Assembly: GCA_951406725.2 (NCBI GenBank)
Contig: OX597815.1
Coordinates: forward strand, 115,072,001 to 115,136,000
Origin: Octopus vulgaris
Lineage: Eukaryota
Reading direction: 5' to 3'
Length of the DNA stretch: 64,000 nt
Positions 10,861 to 24,359 of this stretch are shown here, piece by piece. Position 1 is the stretch's first letter. Every line of letters begins with the position of its first letter. The notes below the pieces were generated by a model. That model made no database searches. It worked only from the letters and a program-made list of their open reading frames with translations, and was not told the origin of the DNA. The position numbers were made by a program, and so were the translations under genes.

Positions 10861-13800
10861 AACTACAACGGGGATCTTTTCCTTTTGAACGGCAGTTTGT
10901 AACATAATTTCTAGGTAACTAAAAAGTTTTAAACTTCGTATACTGGTAGAATGTGTTTATAAAACATCATTTTCTCTTGGCTTTATTAAGAAAATTCTAT
11001 AGGTTGTAACATATTTCGTCTTTAATTTCTTGCATTTCGGCAATTTTAACCAATCACTGGCGTCCATTTAGGTAAATAACATTCTGTGCATAATGAATAT
11101 GTCCCTCGTTTAAGAAACAGATTGGGTTTATTTACATTTGTGAAGAAAAAAAGATACCCTTCCCCCACCCCTAACCCTAAATCTAAAATAGATTGAAATG
11201 CAATAGATCGATACTTGGGTTATAATTATGGGTGACAATTTCATACGACACCGCTAAGTTTTTTATAGCGGTGTATCGTTCACGTAACATCTATAAGTTC
11301 TATAAATTACACACACACACACACTTTCATTATTTGTTTCGTGTTAGTCAGTTTTTCCATACTTGTTCTTCCTAACTCTGACTTGTATGTATGTATCACG
11401 CACACATATACACGAGTATGTATATATACATGCACGCATGAACACACTAACACGCACACACACATATACGAGGGAAACACAAAGGGCGAGAGGTGAGATC
11501 CAGTGGTTTTGTAGTTCCTTCGTGACTGGCTTCGTTTTCTCTGAAATGATTCCACTCTAATTTGTATGACTTTCTTCTTGTGCCAGCGTCACCTTTCAGT
11601 CTTACAATTCACATGTTACTTTTCACTGTCCAACATCTTTTCCACTTCCAAAAAGACCTTTGTTCTTGTCATCGGGATATGGATTTCTCCCTCATCTGGG
11701 TACTGTAAATATTTTGCAACAAACTTGAGGGCTTCAAGTTTTAGCAGTCTTACTTGATACTCAGGTTCGTTGTATTTACCATTATACTCTTTCTCCCAAT
11801 TGTGCGTCCTTGTGTCTATTTTAGAAATAGATTTTATCTAGTAGTTCTTTCTAACTTTTGTTTTGTTTCGTTTTGGTGTTTCATGTCACATTTCTGATAG
11901 TTCGTATCTCATAAATCATTCACTTGGTTACAAGAATGTCAACATGATTGGAATCCGAAATCTACCGAATAAAATATTTGGAAGATAGGCATTCTTATTA
12001 TGTTTTCACGTAATATTTTTAGTGTTTCCTTCCTCTCTCTAGTTTTCCAGATATTTCAAGTTGGCCAACAGATCCACTTGAGAGGATAACATTGAAGTTT
12101 AATCTCAAATTAAAATGCTATTTAAAAGAAACTGAAAAAAATATTTGATTTATTCGAATTGAAGTTTCAAATTTCTTATTTAAAAGCAACAAAGCAAACA
12201 GTTAAAAATGGCAAAAGAAAAATGGAATACAAAAAAAAAAGTGGAATGCATACTCTGCATCTGGGTTCGCCGGTGTTTCTTACTAAACATTGCTGAGACA
12301 GCCCAAACACTCATGCATTGGAACGGCCGAGCACCTTCACGAATATTATCTGATATTGCGATGAGACGGCAGTTAACTAAGTTAAAAACTTCCACGTCAC
12401 TACCCCGTTTCAACTTTAATACATTTCTCTGTTCTATTCTTCTCTCCTCAGTTTTGATTGAAGAAAACTTTTCAAACTTGACTGCTAAATAAAAAGAAGC
12501 GACAAAAAAAAAAAAAAAGGAAAAAGTAAAGAAAGGGAATCTCAAAGTCCATTCTTAATTATACAAGGATAAAAATAGAGAAGAAAATCGGGAGAGATGT
12601 AAAGGGCAGGTCGTTTCTTTTAGGGCTCCGCTCAAACTGTACTAATTCATCTCAATTCACGAAGTTCTTATTTTAAGAAACTTGTTTATTTTTGCTAACA
12701 TTTCTTCAGTCTCTAGTTTGACAGATCAATAAACTTTGTAAAATAAAATAAGTACGTATGCCTTAAAACAAGATGTTCCTTATAGAGTCTTTGTCGGAAT
12801 AAAGATCGCTATTGTCTGTTTCTGGTTCTTTTATCGAAGGGAAGTAATTATCATAAAAACTTCGCAAGAGGAGTAACTATTATAATGACTTTGTCAAGGG
12901 AGGCAAATATTAAGCAGACTAAGTAAACCTAAATCATTAAAATTACGTGTAGGGTTGCAGAGATTTTCCTCGTCCACTTTAAAAAACAAAACAAAAAATA
13001 AAAGGATATGTAATAAAGACATATATTTCATTACACATAAACTTATTTTTCATTGGATGAAATGCTAAAAATTAAGATACTGATTATAGTAGATTATCTA
13101 CTGTGCAATAACTTCTTTTTCTCTCCGAGGCACAAATCTCCCAATCGTGAACTATAACTCTCTCTGCTGGTCAGGTGACAGCCATATGCTAATTAATACT
13201 TCACTTTGAAAGGTGGAATCTTTCCATATGTACACATTTCCCTGCTGTTCTCATTTACCTGAGTACCAGCAACAAAGCTTCCCACAAACTCTTTCCCTCC
13301 TCCTCCTGTCCCACTACATACATTTATTCCATTCACGTATCGTCTTGCCGTTATTTCTTCCAAGACGATTGAGACAGTTATCTAAAAACATCCTTCTCCA
13401 ACACCTTAAACTTCCTCCCTCCTTACCAAGCGCATTTTTCGTAAAGCATAGTTAATGGAGTCCGACCCTTATACGTCTATATTCGTAGCCCTTAGCCTCG
13501 AGCAGTTGGAACACAATACCACTGCACGCTAATCAGACTTGTTAATTATACGTTATACAGCGTCTCTTTTGCTACAATAGTGATCTATGTCACCTTATTA
13601 TATATTCCTGTTTTCATTTAATTGGTCTTGAGTTTCAGAATAAGCCCCACCTCCGCAATAAAAAAAAAAAAAATGAATTTGTAAATTTTATTCATTTATT
13701 TTAATAAAAACAATTTCCTACCTTGAAAAATATATATAATGCAGACAATATTTTCGAGAAAAAAATGGAGTACGGAGAAGAGTAGAGTGACTGGCAAAAG

Positions 13801-14248
13801 TAAAAATATAAAAATGAAATATTTGTTTTAGAGAACTATATGGTATTTGATGCTTAAAATGGAGATCTGATGAAGTTTTTTTTAGGGAAAATAGGATGGT
13901 GTACTAATTTCAAAACTCAACGTTTTGTCCATAAACATTTCGCATTATCTTACGTCAGTAGTGTGATACCCTATGAAGTTAGATGTGACTGTAGACGTAG
14001 CCTCTGAGATTTGTTGTTTATCCCTTGGCGAGCAATGAGTAATCTAGCTTTTTTTCAGCCATTATTCAATGTGTTCTTTAATTTTAAAGTCGGTAAGGTG
14101 TAACACGACTGATATCGCTAGCAGGGCGAACAATATAAACTCATTCAGTGGATCTTAGACACGTTGTGCAGTGTGGAAGGGAAATAACTCTTGATAAGAT
14201 TGCTATAAAGTTACTTAACATACTTTTATTCTATTCTTAGGCTAAGCC

Positions 14249-14365
14249 ATGGAAAACCCTTTAATGATACTACAAGAAATACTTATGAAAACTCAGCATG
14301 TACAACAAGCTGCTATTGTTGATGCCAGAAGCAATATGGTGAAGGCTTGTTCACTTGGATTTACG
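14249..14365 (+). CDS. PFN4: Profilin-4-like, coding exon 1 (MENPLMILQEILMKTQHVQQAAIVDARSNMVKACSLGFT)
   Basis: Acceptor ttcttag at 14240 precedes the ATG, implying an upstream UTR exon. Donor gtacgt at 14366. 39 codons, phase 0. Resembles the PFN4 N-terminus (L..T.HV..AA...S.GF). Confidence 0.88.
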
Positions 14366-14802
14366 GTACGTAATTTATAGATATTTTAAAATTTTGACTT
14401 TGCACAAAACCAAGTTTTATAGGAAGGTGAATATGTTGATTTTATTGGTACTAGATAAGTAAAACCCCCCAAATAGCCCTGTTGGGATTGGAATTCAGAA
14501 TGTGTTCTCCTGTTTCATGCAACTGAACCTTTTATTATAGTTAATTTACTGAATTTCAAATCGATTTTTAATATTTTGTTATGTTCCCTATAAGAATCAA
14601 ATTTTTGAATGGATGAATTTGTGTTAGATTGGCTATAGTCCTGTCCAATTGTAAATTTAAATCTCACCATCTAATACTATTTAATACAAAGTTAAACGTT
14701 GCTTTTATTAAATCCTGTAGCTCTATTGGGTATGCTGTGAAGAATAACAATTTTTTGTCATCTCATCAGTAAGGTAAAGAATCACCATTGTTTTAATATC
14801 AG

Positions 14803-17243
14803 TTGGATGCAAAGAGAGAGGTTTGTAGATGCCACTATAAAAGGTTGCTGAATAAAGAAAATGAATGGGATAAAGAGAGTCTGCCGAATGTTGACCCAAC
14901 AGAGGGACCAGCTATCCGAGTTGATAGTTCCGTGGTAGCTAAGGCAATTAGAAGCATGAAGACAGGGAAAGCCCCAGGCCCATCAGGAATTACTGCAGAG
15001 ATGCTCAAAATATCTGGCAGTGTCGGCTATAACCTAGTCACCCGTATAGTCAATCAGGTGATACACGAAGGAGTCATACCCAATGACTGGTGTAGCAGCG
15101 TACTAGTCAACTGCTACAAAGGTAAAGGTGATGCCCTAGATACAAATAATTACAGAGGTATCAAGCTGTTGGATCAGGTAATGAAGGTTACGGAGAGGGT
15201 CATAGCCCAACTAATTAGAGAGAGAGTTAGTTTAGATGAGATGCAGTTTGGGTTTGTGCCAGGGAAAAGCACCACTGATGCTATGTTCCTGGTAAGGCAG
15301 CTGCAGGAGAAATACCTAGCCAAAGATAAGCCCCTGTACCTGGCTTTCGTTGACATGGAGAAAGCCTTTGATAGGGTCCCCCGATCCCTCATCTGGTGGT
15401 CAATGAGGAAACTAAGGATAGATGAATGGCTGGTGAGGGCTGTGCAAGCCATGTACAGAGATGCCGTAAGCAAGGTTAGGGTTGGCAACATGTACACAGA
15501 AGAATTCAAAGTAGAGGTTGGGGTCCACCAGGGTTCAGTACTCAGCCCCCTCTATTTATCATAGTCCTCCAGGCAATAACAGAGGAATTCAAGACAGGTT
15601 GCCCCTGGGAGCTCCTCTATGCTGACGACCTCGCTCTAATTGCTGAGTCACTATCAGAAATGGAGGAGAAGTTCCAGGTGTGGAAGGAGGGTTTAGAATC
15701 GAGGGGCCTTAGAGTCAACCTAGCTAAAACCAAAGTACTAATAAGTAGAAAGGTAGGCAATCCACAAATGTCCTCAGGAAGATGGCCCTGCTCGATCTGT
15801 AGAAAAGGTGTAGGTAGAAACTCTATAAGATGTACCCAGTGTAAGCTATGGACACATAAGAGGTGCAGCAATGTCAAAGGTAGGCTAACTGGGAAGATAG
15901 TTTTTATATGTGGCAGATGCTCGGGAGCATTGACCTCCAAAAATCTGCAGAAAACAACTTCCGTCACTTTCCAGGGGGAAAAATTAGAAGTAGTTGATAG
16001 CTTCCGTTATCTAGGTGACCAAGTCAGTAGTGGGTGTGGGTGCGCTGAGAGTGTAACTGCTAGAATAAGAATAGCCTGGGCAAAGTTTAGGGAGCTCTTA
16101 CCTCTGCTGGTGACTAAAGGCCTCTCGCTCAGAGTAAAGGGCAGACTGTATGATGCATGTGTTCGAACATGGGCCGTGACTGCTGAGGACATGCGTAAGC
16201 TCATGAGGAATGAAGCCAGTATGCTCCGATGGATGTGTAATGTCAGTGTACTTACTCGACAGAGCGTTAGTTCCCTGAGAGAAATGTTGTACCTAAGAAG
16301 CATCAGTTGTTGCATGCAAGAGAGACGATTGCGCTGGTATGGTCATGTGGCGAGAATGGATGAAGATAGGTGTGTGAGAAAGTGCCAATCCCTAGCAGTT
16401 GAGGGAACCCGTGGAAGAGGTAGACCCATGGATAACCTGGGACGAGGTGGTGAAGCACGACCTTCGAACGTTAGGTCTCACCATGGAAATGACTAGAGAC
16501 CGAGACCTATGGAAGTATGCTGTGCGTGAGAAGACCCGGCAAGACTAGTGAAGCCATAACCCGTGGACCCTACCTGGGACGTAGTCAGTCCACCTGTGCA
16601 TACCTTCCTGCTTGTGACACTTGTGAAGACCTATTGAGGCAAATCAAATCAAAGTCAAATCGAATCAAGTCAAACCAAATCAAAATAGATGAACATCAAT
16701 GGAATTTGTATCCTTGTGGTACCAGTGCCGGTGGCACATAAGAAAACCATCCGAACGGGACCGTAGCCAGTACCGCATCGACTGGCCTCCGTGCCCTGGG
16801 CACGTAACAAACACCATCCGATCGTAGCCGTTCGCCAGCCTCGTCTGGCACCTGTGTCGGTGGCACATAAGAAAAACACCGAAAACACCATATCCGAGCA
16901 TGGCCGTCTGCCAGCCTCGTCTGGCACCTGTGTCGGTGGCACATAAAAAACACCATCCGAGCGTGGCCGTCTGCCAGCCTCGTCTGGCACCTGTGTCGGT
17001 GGCACATAAAAAACACCATCCGAGCGTGGCCGTCTGCCAGCCTCGTCTGGCACCTGTGTTGGTGGCACATAAAATCACCCACTACACTCTCGGAGTGGTT
17101 GGCGTTAGGAAGGGCATCCAGCTGTAGAAACACTGCCAGATCTGACTGGCCTGGTGTAGCCTTCGGGCTTGCCAGACCCCAGTTGAACCGTCCAACCCAT
17201 GCTAGCATGGAAAGCGGACGTTAAACGATGATGATGATGATGA
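14803..17243 (+). mobile_element. 5'-truncated RTE-clade LINE with frameshifted RT, long 3' UTR and (GAT)n tail, in a PFN4 intron
   Basis: Motifs GKAPGPSGI, NYRGIKLL, QFGF.PG.STTD, AFVDMEKAFDRVPR, VGVHQGSVLSP (frameshift near 15555), LLYADD and RRLRWYGHV. The (gat)n tail is at about 17227-17243. Confidence 0.93.
16800..17075. repeat. ~60-bp tandem repeat (about 4 units) in the RTE 3' UTR
   Basis: The unit ggtggcacataaaaaacaccatccgagcgtggccgtctgccagcctcgtctggcacctgtgtc is repeated. Confidence 0.85.
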
Positions 17244-18330
17244 TGGGTTGAACAAGAGTCACTGGAGTAGATTTCTACTGCCAAATGCCATTCTTGTTGC
17301 CAATTCTTACTTGTGTTACAAGTAGGGATTTTTCTTTTTTTATATTCCACTGTTAATTACACAACAAAACTGTTGAATGATTGGCTATTTTGTTTACAAG
17401 AGATATAAACACTCATAATTTTTGCTTACATAGTGATAGTGTGAAGGCATGCATAAACACATACACACTTAATGGACCGTACAATTTTTGTCAACAAAAT
17501 TTCCCTCACAAGGCATTGATAGTCCTAAGGTTATAGTAAAAGATCCTTAACCAAGGTGGCATATGATGGGATGGAACCCAAAACCACATGGTTGCACTGC
17601 AGACTTTTTAACTACACAGCTGTACCTGTATCAACAATCCTATTTCCATATCTCAGTCTGTCACAGTTATCATCCACTGGCAATATATGGCAACTTTCAT
17701 CATTCATTGATGTTACATGCTTTTGCCAAAGCAATTTTCTCTCCTTTATACATCAGCAAGTTTATTTGTGTTCCACTTTTCTTGTAAATTTGTGTTTATA
17801 CACCCAATGAGTCACACCCTTATTTCTTGTCAACTTCTGTAAATCTTCCATATTCACAAAAATGAATTCTAAAATGATAATAATAATAATAATTAAAATC
17901 CTTTCTACTGGAAGCAAAAGGCCTCAAATTTGGGGTAAGGGATTAAGTCAATTACATCAACCTCAGTGTGTAACTGGTACTTATTTAATTAACACTGAAA
18001 AGATGAATGGCAAAGTCGACCTTGGTGGAATTTGAACTCAGAACATAGTGGCAGATGAAATATCGCTAAGCATTTTGCCCAGCGTACTAACAATTCTGCC
18101 AGCTCACCAATAATAATAATAATAACCAAAGATCCTTCCCAAGCCATAGGTTCATAAGGCTGGTTTCCTGGATTTTGTGGCATATATATTCCCCCCATGG
18201 ATGAGATGCCAGTCAGTCACAAAAACATTCATTTTTGCCAGCTGAATTGACAAGAACAATGTGAAGTAAAATGTTTTGCTTAAGAACATAATGCATTGCC
18301 TGGCCCAAGAATCAAAACCACAATTGTATG

Positions 18331-18739
18331 TGTAACAGGATGGGTTATCGATTCACTGAAAGGGTGTCGATCCGATCCAGTCACATACAATTTTTGTAAG
18401 ACAATACAGACGAAGTCAGGTTGTAGGTAAAAGACAGCAGTTCGTTTATTTATTGCGATGGCGTACGTGTGTCTGATGGGAGAAGGACAGCCTCTGATGT
18501 ACAGCTTCTTGTTCGTTTTGTTGAAGAGGTTTGATGGTCGTTGGCGGCTAGGTCGGTGAGGTTATCAGAGCCTGCGAAATGTACGTCCGATCGCGTTGGC
18601 TGACTTGCCAGAGAGGAGGATTTGAGTTTGGCGGGCCTAAGGGTACGTTTCCCGCACATGCGCAAGACTTCCGGTGGCTACCCGGAAGTAGTCCCATTCT
18701 GTGCATGCGCGCTGAACCCTACACAGTAGCATCACTACA
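18331..18739 (-). repeat. 3' LTR of the gypsy element (409 bp)
   Basis: Near-identical to 23164-23578. Confidence 0.95.
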
Positions 18740-21700
18740 AGGCTCCCCCTCGAGTGCGAAAGTACGACAACAAGAAAATTTGTGGTGGTGCTGCAGAAAA
18801 ACAGATGGCTTGCCGATCCCCCAGAAGACTTGGTACCTAATATCATACAAAACAAGAAAAATTTGAAAGAAAGTTAAATGTAGATTGTCTTTGAAAGTTT
18901 CTTGGGTCAATGCACTGTTCTGCCCGATTTTGTAACATACGGTGTGCTCGGGGCACCCGTTGACGGCGAGGATGGTGTTGTAGGAGCCGGTGAAGGCAAA
19001 GGCGTCTGTGCAGGTGAAGGTGTTTGTGCAGGTGAAGGCGTTTGTGCAGGTGAAGGTGTTGTTAAAGGTGCATAGGTGGGTGTGTCAAGGTTGTCATCAA
19101 AAGATGAAGACGTCTCAAAATGTGCTTTTTTCAATCGGTCCACAGAAACGGTCTCCGAACGACCATTTATCTCAATCGTGAAAACCTTTGGTGTGCGAGA
19201 AAGCACACGGAAAGGTCCTTTATAGGGAGAAACAAGTGGGCCCTTCACAGAGTCGTCCCGAACAAAAACATGCGACCAGGTGTTCATATCCGGTGGAAGA
19301 TGGGACGGTGGAGATTGCTTTCTGGGAACCATGGGTGGAAGGTTCGAAAAATATGCACGCAGTCTGGTGACATAGGTCGCCGGATCATGGGGCTGGGAAG
19401 TGTCTGGCACCAACATCATACCAGGCAATGCCAGTGTGGTACCATACAGCAGCTCTGCAGCTGAGAAGTACAATGGGCAGAAATTCAATCCAGGACTGTG
19501 GGTCCGAAGAGGCACGAAGAGCGGCCTTGAGCTGTCTATGGAACCGCTCAACTAATCCATTAGACGCTGGATGGTAGCTTGTAGTGTGGATGTGGTGCAC
19601 ACCTAAAATTCGCGACAATTCGCGAAATAGCGAGGCTTCAAACTGACATCCACGATCAGTTGTCAATCGGGACGGGACTCCGAAGCGAGAAATCCAGTTT
19701 GAAACGAAAGCTCGCGCAACAGTCTCAGCAGAAGTGTCTGCTATCGGAATGGCTTCTGGCCAGTGGGAGAAGCGATTGACACAAGTTAACAGATAAGAGA
19801 ACCCGTGACTCACAGGCCATGGTCCAACCAGATCGATGTGGACATGGTGAAAACGGGCCTCCGTGGGGGGAAATTGTCCAAGAGGGGCACGAACGTGCCG
19901 TTGAATCTTGGACCGTTGACACTTGGAGCAGGTGCGTGTCCAAGAAGTAATAGTGCGACGCATATTCGGCCAGAAAAACCGAGCAGTGATTAGTTTAAGG
20001 GTGGCAGCGATGCCAGGATGTGATAAGGAGTGCAGTGCTTCAAACACTGAGCGTTGATGGTTCTCAGGCACAAGTGGTCTGGGAGAACCAGTGGAAGTAT
20101 CACAAAGAATGGTGCCTTCGGCTGACGGAAGCGGAAGGTAGGAAAACTGGCAACAGGAGAACCTGGGAGAAGTTAAGTCTAATGACGCCAAAGGTGGCTG
20201 CTCCTGCGAGATGGCAGCTAAGTCGATAGCAGCAGGAGACGAAAGGGCGCAGACTGGAAGGCGAGAGAGAGCGTCAGCAGGAACGTTCTCTTTTCCAGGT
20301 ATGTGTCGAATGTTGCTAGTGAATTGAGAGATAAAATCCAGGTGCCGGAAAGCACGAGGTGAGAGTTTGTCCGTTTTTGAACACAGGGCAAACGTATGGG
20401 GCTTGTGATCCGTATAGATCACAAAATCTCGCCCTTCAAGTTGATGCTGGAAATGACGAACCGATAGATAGATCGCTAGGAGCTCACGATCAAAGGTGCT
20501 GTATCGTCATTCAGCTGGTTGCAGTTGACGGGAAAAGAAAGCTAGAGGTCGAATATGATCATCCACTGTGTGTTGTAACACAGCGCCAATCGCAGTGTCC
20601 GATGCGTTTACAGTCAAAGAGAGAGAAGCACCAGGAACTGGATGTGCAAGCAAAGAAACAGAAGCCAGCTCCTTCTTAATGGACTCAAAGGCTGTCACTG
20701 CCTCAACAGAGAGGGTGACTTGACTGTCCTTTCTAGGAGAGTCCTTTAATAGCCTGGTGAGAGGAAGTAGCTTATCTGCACAACCGGGAATAAAACGTCT
20801 GTAGAAATTGATCATCCCTAGATAATGCCTGAGCTGGCGCAAGGAAGTGGGGGTTGCGATGCGTTGAATGGCATCGACTTTTGACGAGAGAGGGCTGATT
20901 CCACTCGAATCAATATAATGGCCTAGAAAATCTAGGGAAGAGCGTCCGAAAACACACTTGTCGGGATTTATACGTATACTATAAGCGCGAAGACGCTGAA
21001 AAAGCTGAGAAAGGTGCTGGAGATGATTTTCACGTGTGTCGCTCGCAATGAGTATGTCATCGACATAGGCAAACACAAAATCAAGACCGCGGACAACCTC
21101 ATCAATGAAACGCTGGAAAGTGCTAGTAGCATTCCGCAAACCGAAACTCATATACAAAAACTCAAAACACCCAAAAGGGATAGTGATCGCAGTTTTCGGA
21201 ACGTCGGCTGGGTTGACCAGTATTTGATGGTACGCGCGTATAAGGTCGACCTTCGAAAAAATGGTACAACCATGGAGATTTGCCGTAAAGTCCTGGAGAT
21301 TTCGGATCGGATATCGGTCGGCTATTGTTACGGCATTGAGGCGTCGATAGTCTCCAACCAGGCGAAAATCAGACTCACCCTTTCGCGCCAAATGAAGGGG
21401 AGACGCCCATGGGCTGGTGGAGGGGCGTATAAGGCCAAGTTGAAGCATGTGCTCAAACTCGGCCCTAGCCGACTTTAGTCGGTCTGGCGCAAGGCGCCGT
21501 AGGCACGAAAATACAGGCGGCCCAGTGGTGGTGATAAAATGGAGGGTTGAGTGGGTAGGCTTTTCCGGTTTAAAGGTAATGTCCACTAGCTCCGGAAATG
21601 AAACCAAAAGAGAGTGAAAAGGGTCTCCAGAGGTGGCAACAAAGAATGTCGGGCTAAGGACCGCAGTGGTGGAACTCCCAGTCGGTGTAGAGAGCGACGT

Positions 21701-23163
21701 CATGCTATCAAGAAGCCTCCGACGCCTGACATCCACCAATAGCTTAAACCTATCCAGGAAATCAGCGCCGAGAATAGGATGCGGGATGTCAGCGATGACG
21801 AAAACCCATTGAAAATCTCGACGAAGGTTGTTGTCGAGGCGCAGCGAAATCTGACCGTAAGTGGTTATGGGAGACGAGTCAATAGCATGCAAGACAATTG
21901 AAGAGCGCTTGGGCTTGTCTGCAGCCAGACGAAGAGGCCAGATGCTGCAACATGAGCTGGTGTCCACCGTGAAGAATTTCTTCGGCACCAGATCTTTTAC
22001 AAAGAATGCACGATTTTTGGGAAACGAGATGGAAGAAGGTGACGTGCTCACCTCCTCTGGATTTAGTTTTCCGAGGGCTGGAAAGTGCACGGCTGGGTAC
22101 ACCGATCTGCCTTTTCGGCATACTTTGAATGGTACCAGCACCAGCCGGAACGAGAAACAGAGTTACTCCGACTGCGGGAAATAGAGCTACTGCGACTACG
22201 ACTTTGAGGTTGGCGCCTGATCGCACGGCACAGATCATCGATTCTCTGCGTAAGCGCATCGATCTTCTCGGCTAGTTTATCGTTCGTCGGAGGTGTCGGA
22301 GGGGGCTCTGTACATGCGAGGGTAGATGGGCGCGAAAACTCTAACACTTTGTCGGCCATCGTGGCGATCTGGTCCACAGACACAGACTCCAGTGCCGTGG
22401 CCAACATTGTCTGCACGAAAAAAATATCTTTCATAAGAGCGGCGCGTCCGCTGCGTTGCCGCTGAGCTCCCTTAGATGGCACAGGAACTGGGATGGAGTT
22501 CTGTCCCCCAACTGCTCGTCAGCCATCAGCTCATTGAACTGACCTTCCTCCGACCGCGTGTTGCGGCGGAGGATTTCTGCCTTTACTGACGCATATGTGG
22601 CGTCAGGGTGGGGACTCATAATGAGATCCCTGACCGATGTGGCGAGCCGGGAGGGCAAACTTGAGTACAGCAGATGTAACTGCTGTTGTGGAGGAATAGT
22701 ATGCGCGGCAAAATGGGATTCCACCTGGGCAAGCCACAGCCCCGCATCCCCCGCGAATGAAGGCAAAACCTGAAGCCATGCTTTTGTCGGAAGGATCGTC
22801 TGTCAGAAAGGGGCAGAAGGTATGATCGAGAAATGGAGAGAGAACACGTGGAACCGACAAAGCAAATCAATGGTGTTTTGTGTACTGGTGTGTGTACCTC
22901 GTGGGTAGTAAAACAAGTGTGTGTGTGCACAAAGGAAAACAAAGTACAGAAAAGGAAAGAAAAAAATAATGATGTGTGTGTGTTTTCTTTTTTTTTTTTT
23001 TCAGTGTACTGAGTGCGTGCAATGAATAAGCTTTTGTTTGTACCCACCTCGCCGTTCTGAAAGAAGAGAAAAAATGAAAAAATGAATGTTCAGTGCTCTA
23101 TCTGGCAAAAACCTGTTCGCTGCGTCTTCTGTTCTTTTTTTTTTTCAACTTGGGGTCACCAAT

Positions 23164-23578
23164 TGTAACAGGATGGGTTATCGATTCACTGAAAGGGTGT
23201 CGATCCGATCCAGTCACATACAATTTTTGTAAGACAATACAGACGAAGTCAGGTTGTAGGTAAAAGACAGCAGTTTGTTTATTTATTGCGATGGCGTACG
23301 TGTGTCTGATGGGAGAAGGACAGCCTCTGATGTACAGCTTCTTGTTCGTTTTGTTGAAGAGGTTCGATGGTCGTTGGCGGCTAGGTCGGTGAGGTTATCA
23401 GAGCCTGCGAAATGTACGTCCGATCGCGTTGGCTGACTTGCCAGAGAGGAGGATTTGAGTTTGGCGGGCCTAAGGGAACGTTTCCCGCACATGCGCATGG
23501 AGAAGACTTCCGGTGGCCACCTGGAAGTAGTCCCATTCTGCGCATGCGCGCTGAACCCTACACAGTAGCATCACTACA
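23164..23578 (-). repeat. 5' LTR of the gypsy element (415 bp)
   Basis: Near-identical to 18331-18739, with a 6-bp extra (tggaga). Confidence 0.95.
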
Positions 23579-24224
23579 TATGATTATTAGTGCAGCACCC
23601 GAACCACTAGGCCACTCATCCTCTCAAAAATGAATGAATACTAATAAATGGTATTTGTAGTTTCTCACTGTCATCAAAAGACTGGGGGTAGATTATTTCT
23701 GCTACATTAATTTACTTGCAACACATTATATAAATATGCACTCTTTAGTCTTGGCCTTCTGCTCATTACTCATTATAGGACATATAATAATTCTTTCTAC
23801 CAAAGGCACAAGGCTTGACATTTTGGATGTGGTGGGAGTTAGTTGATTAACATCAACTCTAATGCTTGACTTATAATTATTTTTATCAACTTGAATGGAT
23901 GAAAGGCAAAGTGACCTGAGCAGAATTTGAACTCCAAACCTGGTGCCAGAAGAAACGCTGCTAAGCAGATTGTCTAGGATGCCAGCTTGCCACCTTTATG
24001 GAACATCTAATAACAGTCAATGTGTTTTAGTGTAAATACAAAGATACAAGGGAGATTTAGATGACTGTTTTGATGATGCTGAAACTGGCATTATTACATT
24101 CTTTTTACTTTTTATAATATTTATATATAATTTAATCTCCTTGAAATTAGATTACATCTCAATAATATTGTTTTAGTTTAACTGATATAGAAACCTTTGT
24201 TTTATTTCATCTTTTTCCTTGCAG

Positions 24225-24359
24225 TTGGATTATGAAGCACTTGCAAATTTTCAATTTGCTTTCAAAAACTCAATGCTGATCAGAGAAAGGGGACTGGAAT
24301 ACGATAAAATGCTGTATACTGTAGTCCGAGCAGAACCGGATGTAGTTTATGCAAAATTG
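24225..24359 (+). CDS. PFN4: Profilin-4-like, coding exon 2 (LDYEALANFQFAFKNSMLIRERGLEYDKMLYTVVRAEPDVVYAKL)
   Basis: Acceptor ttccttgcag, donor gtgaga. 45 codons, phase 0/0. Resembles PFN4 'RREGL.F....Y.CVRAD..S.YAK'. Confidence 0.9.

Larger units (their letters stand above)
18331..23578 (-). mobile_element. Full-length young Ty3/gypsy LTR retrotransposon (gag-PR-RT-RNaseH-INT), coding-defective
   Basis: LTRs 18331-18739 and 23164-23578, both TG...CA. TSD TATG at 18327-30 and 23579-82. PBS TGGTGACCCC (tRNA-Trp-like) next to the 5' LTR, PPT (gagggggagcc) next to the 3' LTR. RT YVDD, integrase HHCC and DDE, GPF motif. Stops and frameshifts near 22431, 20507 and 19450. Confidence 0.97.

Noticed and set aside
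12180-12545. Overlapping 121-aa and 94-aa ORFs
   Set aside because: They are low complexity from poly-A/T runs, with no recognisable domain or convincing splice signals.
16670-17208. Overlapping repetitive ORFs (PPTQVPDEAGRR..., CHRHRCQ...)
   Set aside because: They are antisense translations of the tandem repeat in the RTE 3' UTR. The same peptides recur wherever this repeat occurs.
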